Source: Octopus sinensis | Taxonomy: Eukaryota | Reading direction: 5' to 3' | DNA: 64,000 bases | Assembly (NCBI RefSeq): GCF_006345805.1 | Contig: NC_043001.1 | Coordinates: 101,618,001 to 101,682,000, forward strand | Shown here: piece by piece, positions 11,200 to 24,413 of the stretch | Numbering within the stretch: position 1 is the stretch's first letter | Layout of the letters: the number at the start of each line of letters is the position of its first letter | Notes under the pieces: model-generated | What the model saw: only the letters and a program-made list of their open reading frames with translations | Database searches by the model: none | Told to the model about the DNA's origin: nothing | Position numbers and translations under genes: made by a program

Positions 11200-12600
11200 T
11201 ATATGATATTCAAGTCAGTTGCCAAGTAGCTTAAATTCAATTTTCTTCTTAAATTTTACTTCAGAGAAAATATTCATACCTAAGATTTCTGTAATGTCCC
11301 CCAGACTGTCGCATATGGTTCGTCAACAGCTTCAAATTCTGATGTTTGATTATTGTTGGAAAAAAAACGAGTGGGTAACAGTTCTGGGTATAAAGGATTG
11401 TGGAGGAGACATAGTTTGGATGATTAGAGGCAGGGTTGTGAGTGAATCTTGGAATGGAGTTGAAGAAGGGATGACATATAATTTGCTGGTTCAGAAGAGG
11501 AATTTTTGAAAATAATGTCAGAAGAAACAGGAGGGCAGATGCAACACATCTCTGTACATAGGAGAATCGAGTTTTGCGAGTGAAAGTCTGCTTATCAATT
11601 AGATGTCCTTATTTTGGAAACACTTTAGAATGCCTGGGTAAGTAGCAACTGCTCCATCTTGGACTTGAGAATGTTACTCAAATGAGATGCACTTAAACCT
11701 TGTATTGAGTCAACAGCTGTTCAGAGTTGTTCTAGGTTTTGCTAGAGTTTTTAGTTATGTTAAAGATATATTGTAAATGTTAAGGCCATGAAAGATTGTG
11801 GGTCCTAGAATTTGTAAGATTTGTGAAAAATTTTGTTGTAAGTTATTCTTGTGTCTTGTTGTATTTCCTAAGCATTCTTAGTAATTATATTACGACATTG
11901 TTGAATGAGACTAAATTGTTACATGCATCCATTGGAGGTAATTCAGTTCATTTGGGGCGGGGGGGGGGTTTCCAAATTTGTCTGAAAGGATGTAGTGTAT
12001 TTCTGACATGTAGTGTCTAGTTTTATAAAAATGACATTTGTATGAAAATCTCAATTGAAGAGCTAAATGGTATTTTATCAGTATGTTAGCATTTTTTTTT
12101 TATTAGAATCAATAGTGAACGAATCATTGAGCTGATGTCTAAAATGGTTCCAAGCAGGTGTATGATTTCTTTTTATCAAGTAGCTAATATCTATTCTACA
12201 ACGACAGCCACTAAATAATGGTAACATCTGGATTTTCCCCACTGTGTATTAATCCTGAGCACAGCTGGTTTACTTTAATCCTCTCTAATCTGTTGACTCT
12301 AGAATTTTACTTGACTACAAGTTGTTTGGTTTGAAATTCCTGCTGTAAAATAACCTCTAAATAACAACGAAATAATGCTTTTGATAATTAAAATCACAGG
12401 TGAAATGTATACAGGTGTTAAAAAATTGGTAGAACTATTAAGGAGAAAATTAAAACGTGATGAAGTAAATGCTATGGCTGAGGTTCCATGGAGAAGGTTT
12501 GGGTTTTTGGTTGGCTAGGGATCAACTTTAGAGAGTAGTTGAAGAAATAAGGAAGTTTTATCTTATGGGTTAAGACTTATGACAAAAAGGAAATAGGCAC
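11200..12600 (-). mobile_element. Possible highly degenerate Penelope-like coding remnant
   Basis: Broken frames with PRHSK..K*GHLI...RC, loosely resembling the PLE linker RRxxNLxDxL...C motif; weak. Confidence 0.25.
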
Positions 12601-13482
12601 AAGACTTGGTTCCCTCATTTATGGCTTAAAATATTTCACATGAATATAAAGCAATAAAAGGATATTTAAAAACACTGGTGCCATTCCAGATTTGTGGTGA
12701 GTTGCAGAAACTGAGAGGTAAACATGTTAGACTATTAATTGATAGCTATAGACTTACAAAAAAAAAAGAAAAAGAAATAAATAGATCATAGCATTCATGC
12801 AAACAGCAAAATGGGTATAAAACAGCAAAAATAAAAAATTAAGCAAAAACAAAGCCCACAGTTTTTACAATACAAAATACGTTAAATGAAGCTAAAGAAT
12901 GTAAAGAGAATGGCAAGTGGCACATTTTGATGTTCACTATTATCAGACTGACTTGCTGCTATGATCTCCCTTTATGTAATACATTTATCTTTGCCTGAAC
13001 TTGACGACTAATTAACAAATAATTAGTAATCAATAGTCTCATACACAATGTCAGCAGCTTACAAAAGTTTTCTTTTGAAACTCAGAAAACTGAGAAATTC
13101 TTCTCCATTCTTGTTTGCTTTTTAACTAGAATTCAAAAATAAGATTCAATATTAAGACATGTACATTACTGACAAAAATCGATGAATCTTTTTTGAAATT
13201 ATTATCTGAAGGAGATAAAAAGTTACGTATACTTTTTTGCAATGAAGCATTTTACCCTTAATATGAACTTTGAAATAATCTTTCTGTAGTCTTTGCATTT
13301 TCTTTTTATATCTTCAGATGCTTCAACAAGAAATGGCTATATTTTTTTTTTATATTTTTTTGTAATGTTATTTGTTTGGTTCATCTTTATAAAACCTATT
13401 TAAGAGTGCACAATATATTTTGTGTTGCATTCATCAAATTCCAATTATGAGATGATGTTTTATGAAATATGAGAATGCTTAT

Positions 13483-13531
<49 letters not shown>

Positions 13532-14751
13532 TATATATATATTCTAAAAGAGTATCAGGTTTACATAATCTTACATAATTGTTTTATTTTCTTCTTTGAC
13601 AGTAATTCCTATATTTCTGAAAATAAAGGAACAAAGATATAAAAATGCTTTTTAGTGTTTCTATAAGTAACATATCATATTTTGTTGAGGAGTTCTAAGA
13701 CAAATTTCACAATTCTTTATGAGAGAGAGAAAAAAATTACATCTATAAAACTTATTAACAGCGGTATTGAATTAAGAGAAATTGGAAATACATATGTTCT
13801 CTTCTTACATGGAGAAAAATATTCTATTATATCCTGACTTAGCTGTCAACGGCCAACCCTTTAAGAAAAATATAATTTCTTGAAATATTGCTGATACAAT
13901 CATATGATTTATTATTGCAGTACAATTTCTGATTAGAAATTACAATAGTACTAGAGTCACCGGGGTTACTACTTACTCTTGTAACTCTCTGACACATTTC
14001 ATTGAAGCAGTTAAAAGCTGATCTAGTCATAAACTTATCCACTCTTTCTTCCACTCTCTTCAATTGTAACTTATGAAAACGTTTCTTTCTCCATTTTTCT
14101 TATACCTTCAGCTCTCTCTCTTTCTTTCTTTTTTTCTTTTTTTTTTTCGGTTCCCCTAGATGCTTGATCAAGTGTCTAATGGATACACACATGAAAATAT
14201 AAATGAAAAGTGATTTTATCCTGACAGCCTTGCTGGATTGGTGCCAGATTAAGAACAAGTGATTTCAATCTTGTAAAATGACAATTTAATCATATTTGTG
14301 ATTTGTTTCTTTGAATGTCTCACCAATGAGTAAATCATGTGACCAAAAAATTTCTTATCTTTTGTTCCTTGTTTAATTTCTTTTTGTTAGCAGCCAAAAT
14401 GGCATCTGGCACCATTCTTCACACCAACAGAGAATCACACACATAAACAGCTCCTGCTGTCTTTCAACGCTTCACCCTGAGTCATTTTAAGTTGCTGCTC
14501 ACCAATTAAGCTTACCTCATCCTTTTGTGCTGCCATCTGGACATATGAAGAACACTGTTTGGAACATCATATTTCTAGATTACCAAAAGTCACTGTCATG
14601 TTATGAAGACCCTCATCTCACAGCCAAACCTTTGATTTGTAAGATGTACTCTAACATATTTAATGGAGAGAGTGAAGAGCTTTGATTAATTAACACTACA
14701 CCTGTAATGGGAAGAAACAGTCATTACCTTTAGAATTAGTTTCCATTAAGA

Positions 14752-14974
14752 AAGGCGGTGAGGCAGCAGAATCGTCGTCAGCTGAACAAAATGCCTTTGT
14801 CAGTCTTTCATGTGTCTTTATACTCACAGTTCAAATTCTGACAAGGTTGACGTTGCCTTTAATCTTTTCAGGGTCAATAAAATAAGTACCAGATACGTAC
14901 TGGGGTTGATATAATAAACTTAGCACCTTACCCAGAATTTTCTGGCTTTGAACCAAAATTTGAAACTATTATTA
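14752..14974 (+). mobile_element. SINE family B
   Basis: AGGCGGTGAGGCAGCAGAATCG head, GTTCAAATTC, GGGTCAATAAAATAAGTACCAG core. Confidence 0.8.
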
Positions 14975-15360
14975 TAAGCACAAGCATGGGTGTGTGGTAA
15001 GAAGTCTGCTTCCCAACCACATGGTTCCAGGTTCAGTTCCCCAGAGTGGCACCTTGAGCAAGTGTCTTCTACTATAGTCTTAGGCTGTCCAAAGCTGTGT
15101 GAGTAGGTTTTGTAGATGGAAACTGCTAGAAGCCCATCGTTTATATATCTATGTATGTGTGTATCTTTGTGTTTGTGTTTGTCCACACCATTGCTTGACA
15201 ACTAGTATTGGTGTATTTACATCTCCATAACTTAGTGGCTGGGCAAAAGAGACTGATAGAATAACTGCCAGGCTTTAAACAATAAGTCTTTGGGTTGATT
15301 CATTTGATGACCAAAGAGTCTTCAAGGCAATGCTACAGCATGGCCACAAGTAAAAGATAA
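14975..15360 (+). mobile_element. SINE family A, near full length
   Basis: GTGTGGTAAG (A box), GGTTCAGTTCCC (B box), CACCTTGAGCAAGTGTCTTCTACTATAG, tail CAGCATGGCCAC. Confidence 0.85.
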
Positions 15361-15538
15361 AAGGCAGAGTAGACAAATTCAGAATGGAGTGAGTTTGATC
15401 TTTGGTAGGACGATGACAGACTTCCAGTGTTTGGTTGCTTGTCTTTAATTATGTTTACTCTGTTTACACCTGAGTGAGGAAATATCAAAAACAGACACTG
15501 AAAACAACCGTATTTATTCTTTCTTTCAAAACTATTAA

Positions 15539-15759
15539 GCCTTTTGATACCAACCTGGCTGAAACCGGTTCTTGCTTTGAGTACAAATGTCTTATTTTCA
15601 TAAGTTTTGAATTGAAATCTTCCACCAAATCTTAGTCACAATTTATGTTCCTAACACTAGCTTAATGATAACTAAGTTATTTTACTAAATTCTTTGTTAT
15701 ATTTAAAATGAACTGAAAGAAACACAGAGGATCTTAACAGACATACATTAACAAAAGGG
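15539..15759. mobile_element. TTAA-flanked piggyBac-type MITE, copy 1
   Basis: TTAA|GCCTTTT ... AAAAGGG|TTAA; homologous along its length to 15791-16004. Confidence 0.75.
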
Positions 15760-15790
15760 TTAAAATATATAATAGAGAAACAATTCTTAA

Positions 15791-16004
15791 CCCTTTTGAT
15801 ACCAACCCGGTTGAAACTGGCTCTGTGGTAAAATGTCTTGTTTTCATAAGTTTTGAATTAAAATTTTCCACCAACAGTTAGTCACAATTTTTGTTCCTAA
15901 CACTAGCTTAATGATAACTAGGTTATTTTACTAAATTCTTTAGTATATTTAACGTAATTGAAGGAAACACAGAACATCTCAAAATAAATACAGTAGCAGA
16001 AGGG
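15791..16004. mobile_element. TTAA-flanked piggyBac-type MITE, copy 2
   Basis: TTAA|CCCTTTT ... GAAGGG|TTAA; CCC/GGG termini plus TTAA TSD are piggyBac hallmarks. Confidence 0.8.
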
Positions 16005-16815
16005 TTAAAGCACAGGTTGGGTAAATTTCTTCCTCAACAGAACATCAATGCAATGGTAGCTTAATTTAGAGAGAAAGACAAACTTAAAGAGCAGGCTTTT
16101 AGAGTGAGAGGAAATTTATTTGGATATTCAGAGTTTAATTCTAGTCTCAGACACAAAAAGTTATCTTCTATGAGTTATACTGCAATTAACCAGTATTATC
16201 AATATGTTTGTTATTATAAATGTAAATTTGCTGCTTCATTAACATTTTATAATAATCTTAAATTTAATGCTCATAAAAGTTAAAAGATTCAAATTTATAG
16301 AATCTTCAGGAAAAAAAAAACCAACAAAAATAAACAAACAGAAAAGAAAGAAAATAAGAAGATAACTGAGCACTATCTTTCAGCATAGAGGAAGGTAAAA
16401 CAGAATATGCTAAACATATATGCAGACACACTCACAGAACGCTTCACAAATTAAATATATTTTCATATAAAACTTCTTAAACATTTTCACATTTGTTTTA
16501 TTCATTTGTCGGTTTTTATTTAAAAGATTTGGAATAATTTATTGATCTGAGTCATTGAATTCTCATAATCATTAATTTTGAAGTTATTTTATAACTTAAA
16601 TATTAATATATATTTCTTTCATTGTAACTCATATGTTAACATTACTCTTAAATTACAGTAAAACAATCAGATAATCTACAGTAATCATATTGAATTGAAT
16701 TAAAGGGTTAAGCTTCATTCCATTTGAGAAAAACTTACACTGTTAGTAATAAGTGAGTGACTTACTAATAGATAATACAGTTCTATATTTAAGCGATGAA
16801 GAATTATGTACATTA

Positions 16816-16869
16816 TTGGGGGAATTTCGAACGTGGGTTCTCATTCCTAAGGTATTTTTCAATGTTATA

Positions 16870-16901
<32 letters not shown>

Positions 16902-17095
16902 GTTGTTATTATTATTATTCAGGTCACTGCCTGGAATCGAACTCGGAATCTTGGGGTTAGTAGCCCATGCTCTTAACCACTACACCATATACCCAAGACA
17001 CCTGATGAAGGCTGGAGGGTATATCAGCCGAAACGTTGTGTTAGCAACAAACAAGACGAGGACAAATATCCAGCAAATGTAAATAATGTAAATAA
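16816..17095. mobile_element. Composite element: inverted tRNA-derived head + (TAA)n + minimal hammerhead segment
   Basis: Minus 16994-16922 reads GGGTATATGGTGTAGTGGTTAAGAGC...GAGTTCGATTCCAGG (A and B boxes); plus 16998-17041 is a hammerhead motif. Confidence 0.75.
16998..17041 (+). ncRNA. Minimal type I hammerhead ribozyme motif (PLE-type, palindromic stem III)
   Basis: ACAC-CUGAUGA-A-GGCUG-N10-CAGCC-GAA-ACGU-U-GUGU: stem I ACAC/GUGU, stem II 5 bp, loopless palindromic ACGU stem III, GUU triplet. Confidence 0.8.
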
Positions 17096-17314
17096 GTACT
17101 AATAGATGTCCTATTTAAAAATCAGTTTCGTATCAAGTAATTAGTGAAAAGCAGTATTGTTGGTTACAGGTTTTTGATGGAACTCAGTTCAGCATCTTTC
17201 TGATAGTGAGTGTGGTAAAATATGGCAGTGAGTGTAGTACAACAAACATGAAATAAATACTACAATATTTTTTAATTCAATATTACTGTTTTGTCAGTTG
17301 ATGCATGCATGTAT

Positions 17315-18188
17315 GTATGCTGAGGAACCCAAAAGAAACCAGAATTTTGAAATATTATTTTATTCACCTAGTTTTACATGTTTACACTTTTATTGCCATT
17401 TCAAGCAATGCATCTGCCCAGATGAGTTTTCCGCTGTTCGAAGCAGTTCTGAAATTCTTGCAAAATGATACCTTTCAACACTTGCATCATTTTTCTTCAC
17501 CTCTTCCACATCTGTAAATTCCATAGTCCCAGCTATTATCATCAGAGATGACCTTCGAAAATATGTCTGGATTAACTTCCAACTGTTCTTTCAGTTCAAA
17601 ACACACATTCAGTCATGGCTACTTTTTGATCTTCCATAGGCTGGCAACGTACAAATTTTGCTGCAACTTTTTTCATTCGCAATTCCTCATTCAAAATATA
17701 TTGGCAGAACTCCAGGACACACCAGTCATGGCAACAAGTTTGTCAATTGTTCGGTGAGAATCGTCCAAGATCATTTCATGAATTTTTGTTATGTTTTCCT
17801 TTGTCCAGGAGGTGGACGGTCACTCTGGATGACGTTGACCTACAAGCAGCAAGTAAGCCTTTTTAAAGAATGAAAACCACCCGAAAATATTTTGTTTTGC
17901 TCATGACAGTGTTCTCGTAAGCTGTTTGAAGCAGGAAAACTGTTTCGGTTGCAGAATTTCATGGAAGCACATTGTTCCTTCATTTCAGCCATCACAAAAA
18001 TCAATGAAATGGGGAGAAGCACAACAAAACAAAGACATACTACATGGCAGTATGACTTCACCCGACAGCACTGGTCTGCAGATTAATGCCTGAGGGTCGC
18101 ATCAAGTAGCTTCTAGTGGCAGAAGCCTGATCTACAATGGGCTTGTCCCACAGAGAATGTTCCAGTTACTTTTGGCTACCTCCTCGTA
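17315..18188 (-). mobile_element. mariner remnant
   Basis: Broken minus frames give FTDVEEVKK...LQEFQNCFEQRKTHLGRCIA (mariner C-terminus); TIR-like ends GCTGAGGAACCCAAAAGAAACC / CTTTTGGCTACCTCCTCGTA. Confidence 0.7.
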
Positions 18189-18480
18189 CGTTCTGTTCTA
18201 TTTTAAATTAATTGGAGTTTTCCTCTAAGAAAGAAGCTGGCTTCTAACAACAAAACTTCACCAAATGTCACACTTTGAAGTTGAGGAAAGTCTTGCATAT
18301 TTTTAGTGTTCCACTTGATCGTTGTATTTGTATCTAAGCTATAGATGACTTTATCTAAATTATCTCAGCTTTCCCAGACTGTTATTTAGGTACTTACTAA
18401 CAAAACCAAGTGCACCAATTACATGTATGTGTACATGTGTGTGTATGTACGTGTGTGTGTGTGATAAAGACCACCTTCAA

Positions 18481-18778
18481 TTACAAATGACCATAGGATT
18501 GCACCTAGAAAGTTACCCTCCAAGGCACAAGTCCAGGCAAGGTTGTTTGTGGAAGACCAGAAGTTGCCCATGTATACCAGCTTCCTGTCTCCAAGCCACT
18601 GATGTTACCCAAGGGAAAAACAAAGACTGAGGCAGCTTGGCACCAATGGTCTTGTAACTCATTTCTACAGCTGAGAGTGAACTCAAGCAATGTGAAATAA
18701 AGTATCTTGCTCAAGAACACAACACAGCCAGGTTCAGAAATCAAACTCACAGCTTCATGATTCTAACCACTAAGCTAT

Positions 18779-18782
<4 letters not shown>
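18481..18782 (-). mobile_element. SINE family D (tRNA-derived)
   Basis: Homologous to 41077-41430 and 60441-60740; minus head TAGCTTAGTGGTTAGAA...GAGTTTGATTTC, core TTCTTGAGCAAGATAC...CAGCTGTAGAAATGAG. Confidence 0.85.
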
Positions 18783-18829
<47 letters not shown>

Positions 18830-19012
18830 ACACGTGAATGGTTTTGTTAAGAGTGTTTAGTTTTACAATTCTATAAATAATAATTACAGGAAAGCCGACT
18901 TTTATCGGTCAAGGGCTTATATGGTCCCCTTATTAGACTATTTTCCTTAGTCATTTGCACAGTGATCACTATAAGCTGTAAGCTTATAAAAAAATACCAT
19001 TTTATATATATA

Positions 19013-20300
19013 TATATTGGGTCATCCCATATATATAATGCGTTTTTTTATACTTCTTTTATTTTTCAAAATTAATTTTTTTTTAATATAAAATATTCTC
19101 TCCTTCATTTCCTACAATGCTTTTCCATCTATCAGGTGGACTTGCAAGGCCTCTCTTCCAAAATTCACTTGTCCATAACAAAAAATTCTCCTCCAGTTCT
19201 GTTCTGACCTCGTCTACAGAATTCATATTTTTTCTGTCCAAATAATTTTGAAGACTGCAGAATAAATGATAATCAGATCGGGCAATGTCCAGCAAATAAG
19301 ATGTGTGGGGCATCGTTTCCCATTCAAACTGCTCCAGTCTTTGGAATGTCATCCTTACTGTATGTAGCTGAGCATTATCCTAATAGAAAAATACCTTTCA
19401 TCTTGAAACCAAAGATGGTCGTTTTTCTTCTAGCGCTGACTTAAGCTGCTCAAGTTGCTTGCAATAAATCTCCTTTGTTATCATTTAGTTTGGCTATAAA
19501 AGTTCAAAGTGGACTAAACCTTTCATATTCCACCAAACAGACAACAACAGCTTATGTATGTAAAGACCTTTAGCCTGGGGTGCCAGTGTTTCTACTTTCT
19601 CTATCCACTGTATTCAGTACTTGACATTTTTTATAGAGAACCTATTTCTCATCACCAGTCACTATTCAGTCCAAAAAAGATTCATTCGTGAGATGCGACG
19701 GCAAAGATGAGCACACATTCTCTCTCTCTGTGCGATTAGATCCAGAAAGTTTGTGAGGAACCCATTGACCCAATTTGCTGACTTTTCCGATGACACGCAG
19801 GTGTCAATGAATAGTTGAATGACCAAGCTTCTCTGCTAGTTTCTCAACAGTTACGATAGAATTTTGTTCCACTAGGGCTTGCAGGACGCCCTCTTCAAGC
19901 TCTACAGATCTTCCAGGACAACACTTGTTGAGCTCTACAGATCATCCAGGACGAAGCTTGTCTTCAAAGCTATAGTTTCTGGCTTGGAATTTCTGGAACC
20001 ACCGTTGACACTGGCTTACACTAATTCTCCAATCCTCATACACTGTATTAATAGCCTTCACACTTTCTGTTACATTGTTCCTTTAATTGACCTCATCAAG
20101 CTAAATATGCTGAATATGCTCCTTAGTCATTTCTATTATAGCTTTGAAAATATAACTCTTAAAATCGAACTGCACTCTTCAAAACTTGCACTAAGAATAA
20201 GGACATGGTAAATTTACTACCTGCTTTTATGGCAAGTTGATGCAGGTAATTTATCCCATCCCCACCCACCCCCAACTATTAGTTCATGCAATTAAAAAAA
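19013..20300 (-). mobile_element. mariner element, near full-length but degenerate
   Basis: ORF 19083..19352 WETMPHTSYLLDIARSDYHLFCSL (YSPDLAPSDYHLF motif); N-terminal HTH homologous to ORF 40758..41075; TIR TATTGGGTCATCCCATA in a TA run. Confidence 0.9.
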
Positions 20301-20337
20301 ACCCACATTAAATGCATGTATGTATATGTATATGCAG

Positions 20338-20380
<43 letters not shown>

Positions 20381-21330
20381 CACACACATACATATCTAAC
20401 TGTGTTCGAACTGTCTCTGCATAGGGACCACCCAGGATCCCTCCTTTGCTATGAACAAGAATGAATTTTCTCTCTTTGTCCTTTGAGCTATAAAGTCTCA
20501 ACTCATTATTCCCTTCACACACCATTACACACACACCCATAAACACCTTCCCACTCCACACACACTAGCATCAACCACCTCTCAGCACCTATGCCACACA
20601 CCATTATCCACACACCCACACACAATCGTCAATACCATCACCACACATACCACTATACAAGCTGCCACACACACACTGTCTAACTCAGTACACACACCAC
20701 ACACCATCATGCACTCTCCCACACCCACACAAGCACAAAATACCTGAATACAGACAATATATACACACACATGCAACATGCATAGACAAAGATAACTTTC
20801 ACCCACAAACATACGCAATACACATGCACACTATTTCATCACAGACACACACACACACATACACATGTGCACAGGCCACCTGAAGAAGCACACAACTGCT
20901 ACACACAGCATACACACACACACACACATTAGACTCACTCTCCCCATTCACACATATGCACTCACACATACCATTCTCACATACACACACCATTCTCTCT
21001 TCTTCTCTCTTCCTCTTCCTCCTTTACTCTCTCACTGCTCACACGTGACCATCATCCATCTTTCTTTTCCTCACACTGTCATCTTTCTTTTCTTTTGGTC
21101 TGTGTCACAGAGCAGATGCATTCTTGCCTGTTGCCTCTCCTATCTTTTCTCCTGTCAAAGATTTGTTCTTTATGTTACTTGTCTTATTTTTCATTTGTTT
21201 CTTTCATTGTTTGCATACATATGTTTGTCTTCGTATTTCATGTTGTTTACATTTTATGACGTCCTGTACCCATATATGCATGTATATATACCTATATATG
21301 TAAGTATGTAGTATATGTATGTATATATGC

Positions 21331-21372
<42 letters not shown>

Positions 21373-21443
21373 AATATTATTACATATATATATGTGTGTG
21401 TGTGTGTATGTGTGTATATATATCTTTATATATATATATATAT

Positions 21444-21474
<31 letters not shown>

Positions 21475-21477
21475 TAA

Positions 21478-21688
21478 TATGTGACCGTGTGTGTACCGTT
21501 GGCGATTTTTTTCCTCTGTCTTCCCTTCCTTGGACCTTTCCTCTTCCTATGTTTCTGATGAAGAGCTCCACTCGAAACATTAAATCCTGCTTCGTTCTTT
21601 CCTTTCCTGGGTGTCAAATAACACTATACATGTTCCACGTCCTCGCGTTGTTGTGTTTTCTCTTTGTCTTTTCATGTTTGGATTAACT
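21478..21688 (+). mobile_element. Penelope-type pseudo-LTR fragment with hammerhead motif at 21551-21585
   Basis: GTTT-CTGATGA-A-GAG-CTCCA-CTC-GAAA-CATT-AAAT; same family as 8095-8266; ends in (TA)n. Confidence 0.7.
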
Positions 21689-21692
21689 ATAC

Positions 21693-21726
<34 letters not shown>

Positions 21727-21796
21727 GTATATATATATATGTATATATATTGTATATATATATATGTGTATATATATATGTATATATATGTATATA

Positions 21797-21881
<85 letters not shown>

Positions 21882-21898
21882 GTATATATATGTATATA
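21689..21898. repeat. (TA)n-based array
   Basis: Direct reading. Confidence 0.95.
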
Positions 21899-23591
21899 TG
21901 ATTGATTGATTGATTGATTGATTCTAGTTTCAGCTTATGAGCTGTGGCCATGCTGGGGCACCGCCATTTGGTGTTGCTACTTGGTTTCACTTCATGGAGG
22001 CTTTCTAGCAACTGCTATTTGGTGCATGAGAGAGTTCGATGCAGCTGCCCTCATCTGCCCCTCCTGCCGTGAAGTTGGTTCATCTGGGACACCTGACAGG
22101 AAGAGATCCATTTTCATTTTAAGACATCTGTATCCACCCCATGCAGGTCTCTCAGGTTCTTCGGGAGGATATTGAAGAGCTGTGGGCCTCGGAAGCCCAG
22201 GCTATCACAGAATCTTGTCCTACATCTTGATGGCAGGTTTGGAGTCCTAGGCACCACGCAGTGGCGCCCAGTTCTGGCATTTGCGTAACTCTCGATGCCA
22301 AAGTTCAGGACACTTCCCTCCAGGATCTTCCAGATGTATATTATGGCATATCTTTCCCGCCTACGCTCCAGGGAATATAATTTTAATCTCTTGAGTCTTT
22401 CCCAGTAGCTTACATTCTGCATAGAGGCTATCTTCTTTGTGTAGCTTCGTTGGATCGCTTCAAGTTCTGTGATCAACTTGACACTGGATGGTGACCATAG
22501 CTGAGAGCAATAGTCAAAGTGGCTTAGGACAAGTGTCTTCCAGAGGACCATCATGGTTTCTTGTTCTCTTGTTCTAAAGGTTCTAAGAATCCAGCCAGCC
22601 AGCCGTCTACATTTCATTGTCAGTTTAGCAACATGTACATGAAAGGTCGCGTCATCACTCATGTGAATACCCAGGTCACGCACTGATTGTCCTCTGGGAT
22701 TGCAATCCCTCCGGGTCCAGTGTATTCATGGGTATTGCATTCAGTTTTGCATGCTGATAGTATAAAGCTTGAAACTTTCCAGCATTGAACTGCATGCTAT
22801 TCTTTTCAGCCCACTTGTATATTTCGTCCAGCTCACATTGCAGGTGTTTAGTGTCCTCAGGTTCTGTATTGCCTGTGAAACTTTTGTATCATCTGCATAA
22901 CTTGTGATCGTGGCTCTCTGCATGGCTGAGGGCATGTCTGAGAGGGCCATTATGAACAGTAGTGGTCCCAACAGTGCCCTGCGGAACACCGCTCACTATT
23001 TGTGTGTTAATGGAGGTGGCCCCATTGGCTACTACCACCTGACTTCTATCCTTCAGAAAGTCATGAAGCCATTCCCCAGTTTTCCAACTATGTTGAGATC
23101 ACGCATTTGTGACATATCATTCCATGATCGACTTTATCAAAGGCCTTTGCAAAGTCGAGATATATCACTTCCACATTTGAGTGGTTGAGCAGCTGTTTCA
23201 GCACCCAGTCATAGTGTTGTAGGAGCTGAGTTAAACAGCTTCTCCCTGGTCGGAAACCATGTTGGGTGTCGGGCAGCAAGTCATTCTCTTCAAGGAAGGT
23301 GATCAGCTTCCTTCTGACTATTCGTTCCATGACCTTGCTGATGTGTGAGGTCAGAGAGATAGGTCTATAGTTTTGGGCTTCCGCTCTGCTACCTCCTTTA
23401 TGAATGGGGCATATTTTACCTTCCTTCAGTTTTCCTGGAAGTTTGCCAGCTGCAAGGAAGCTCTGAAAGAGGAACTGCAGTGGTCTTGCTAGGACTCTCT
23501 TACATGCTTTTAGGAGGATTGCCGGAATCCATCGGGGCCAGTAGCTGAGTCTGTTTTCATTTCATCTATAGCCTTGGTTACATCGTCTTCC
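21899..23591 (-). mobile_element. 5'-truncated copy of the CR1-group LINE (RT C-half, 3'UTR, (AATC)n tail)
   Basis: Collinear with 24872-26577, with a handful of substitutions and many 1-2 bp deletions. Confidence 0.95.
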
Positions 23592-23828
23592 ACATATATA
23601 TATCTATATATATATATGTATATATATATTATATATATATATATGTTATATATATATATGTAATATATAATGTATATATATATATGTATAATATATTATG
23701 TATATATATATGTATATATATATGTATGTATTATATGTATATATATATGTTATATATATAATAATATGTATATATATATATATATGTATATATATATGTA
23801 TGTATATATATGTATGGTATATATTATG

Positions 23829-23866
<38 letters not shown>

Positions 23867-24270
23867 TATATAATGTTATATATATATATATATGTATGTA
23901 TATATTATGGTATATATATATAATGTATATATATATATGTATATATATATTATGTATATATATATATGTATATATATATATGTTATATATATATATATGT
24001 ATGTATATATATATGTATATATATATATATGTATATATATATATGTATATATATATATGTATATATATATATGTATATATATATATGTATATATATATAA
24101 TATGTATATATAATGTTTATAATATATATATAGTATATATATATATGTATATATATATTATATGTATATATAATAGATATGTATATATATATGTATATAT
24201 ATATATGTATATATATATATATGTATATATATATATGTATATTATATATATATATATATATGTATATATA

Positions 24271-24341
<71 letters not shown>

Positions 24342-24377
24342 GTATATATATAATATGTATATATAATCTAATATATC

Positions 24378-24413
<36 letters not shown>

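Noticed and set aside
14516-14574. Minus-strand exon candidate KYDVPNSVLHMSRWQHKRM
   Set aside because: Its only open frame ends in phase 2, which gives an immediate stop if spliced to the 13977-14069 candidate; no other support
16922-16994. Functional tRNA gene
   Set aside because: A and B boxes are present but the acceptor and anticodon stems do not pair fully; treated as a SINE-type head
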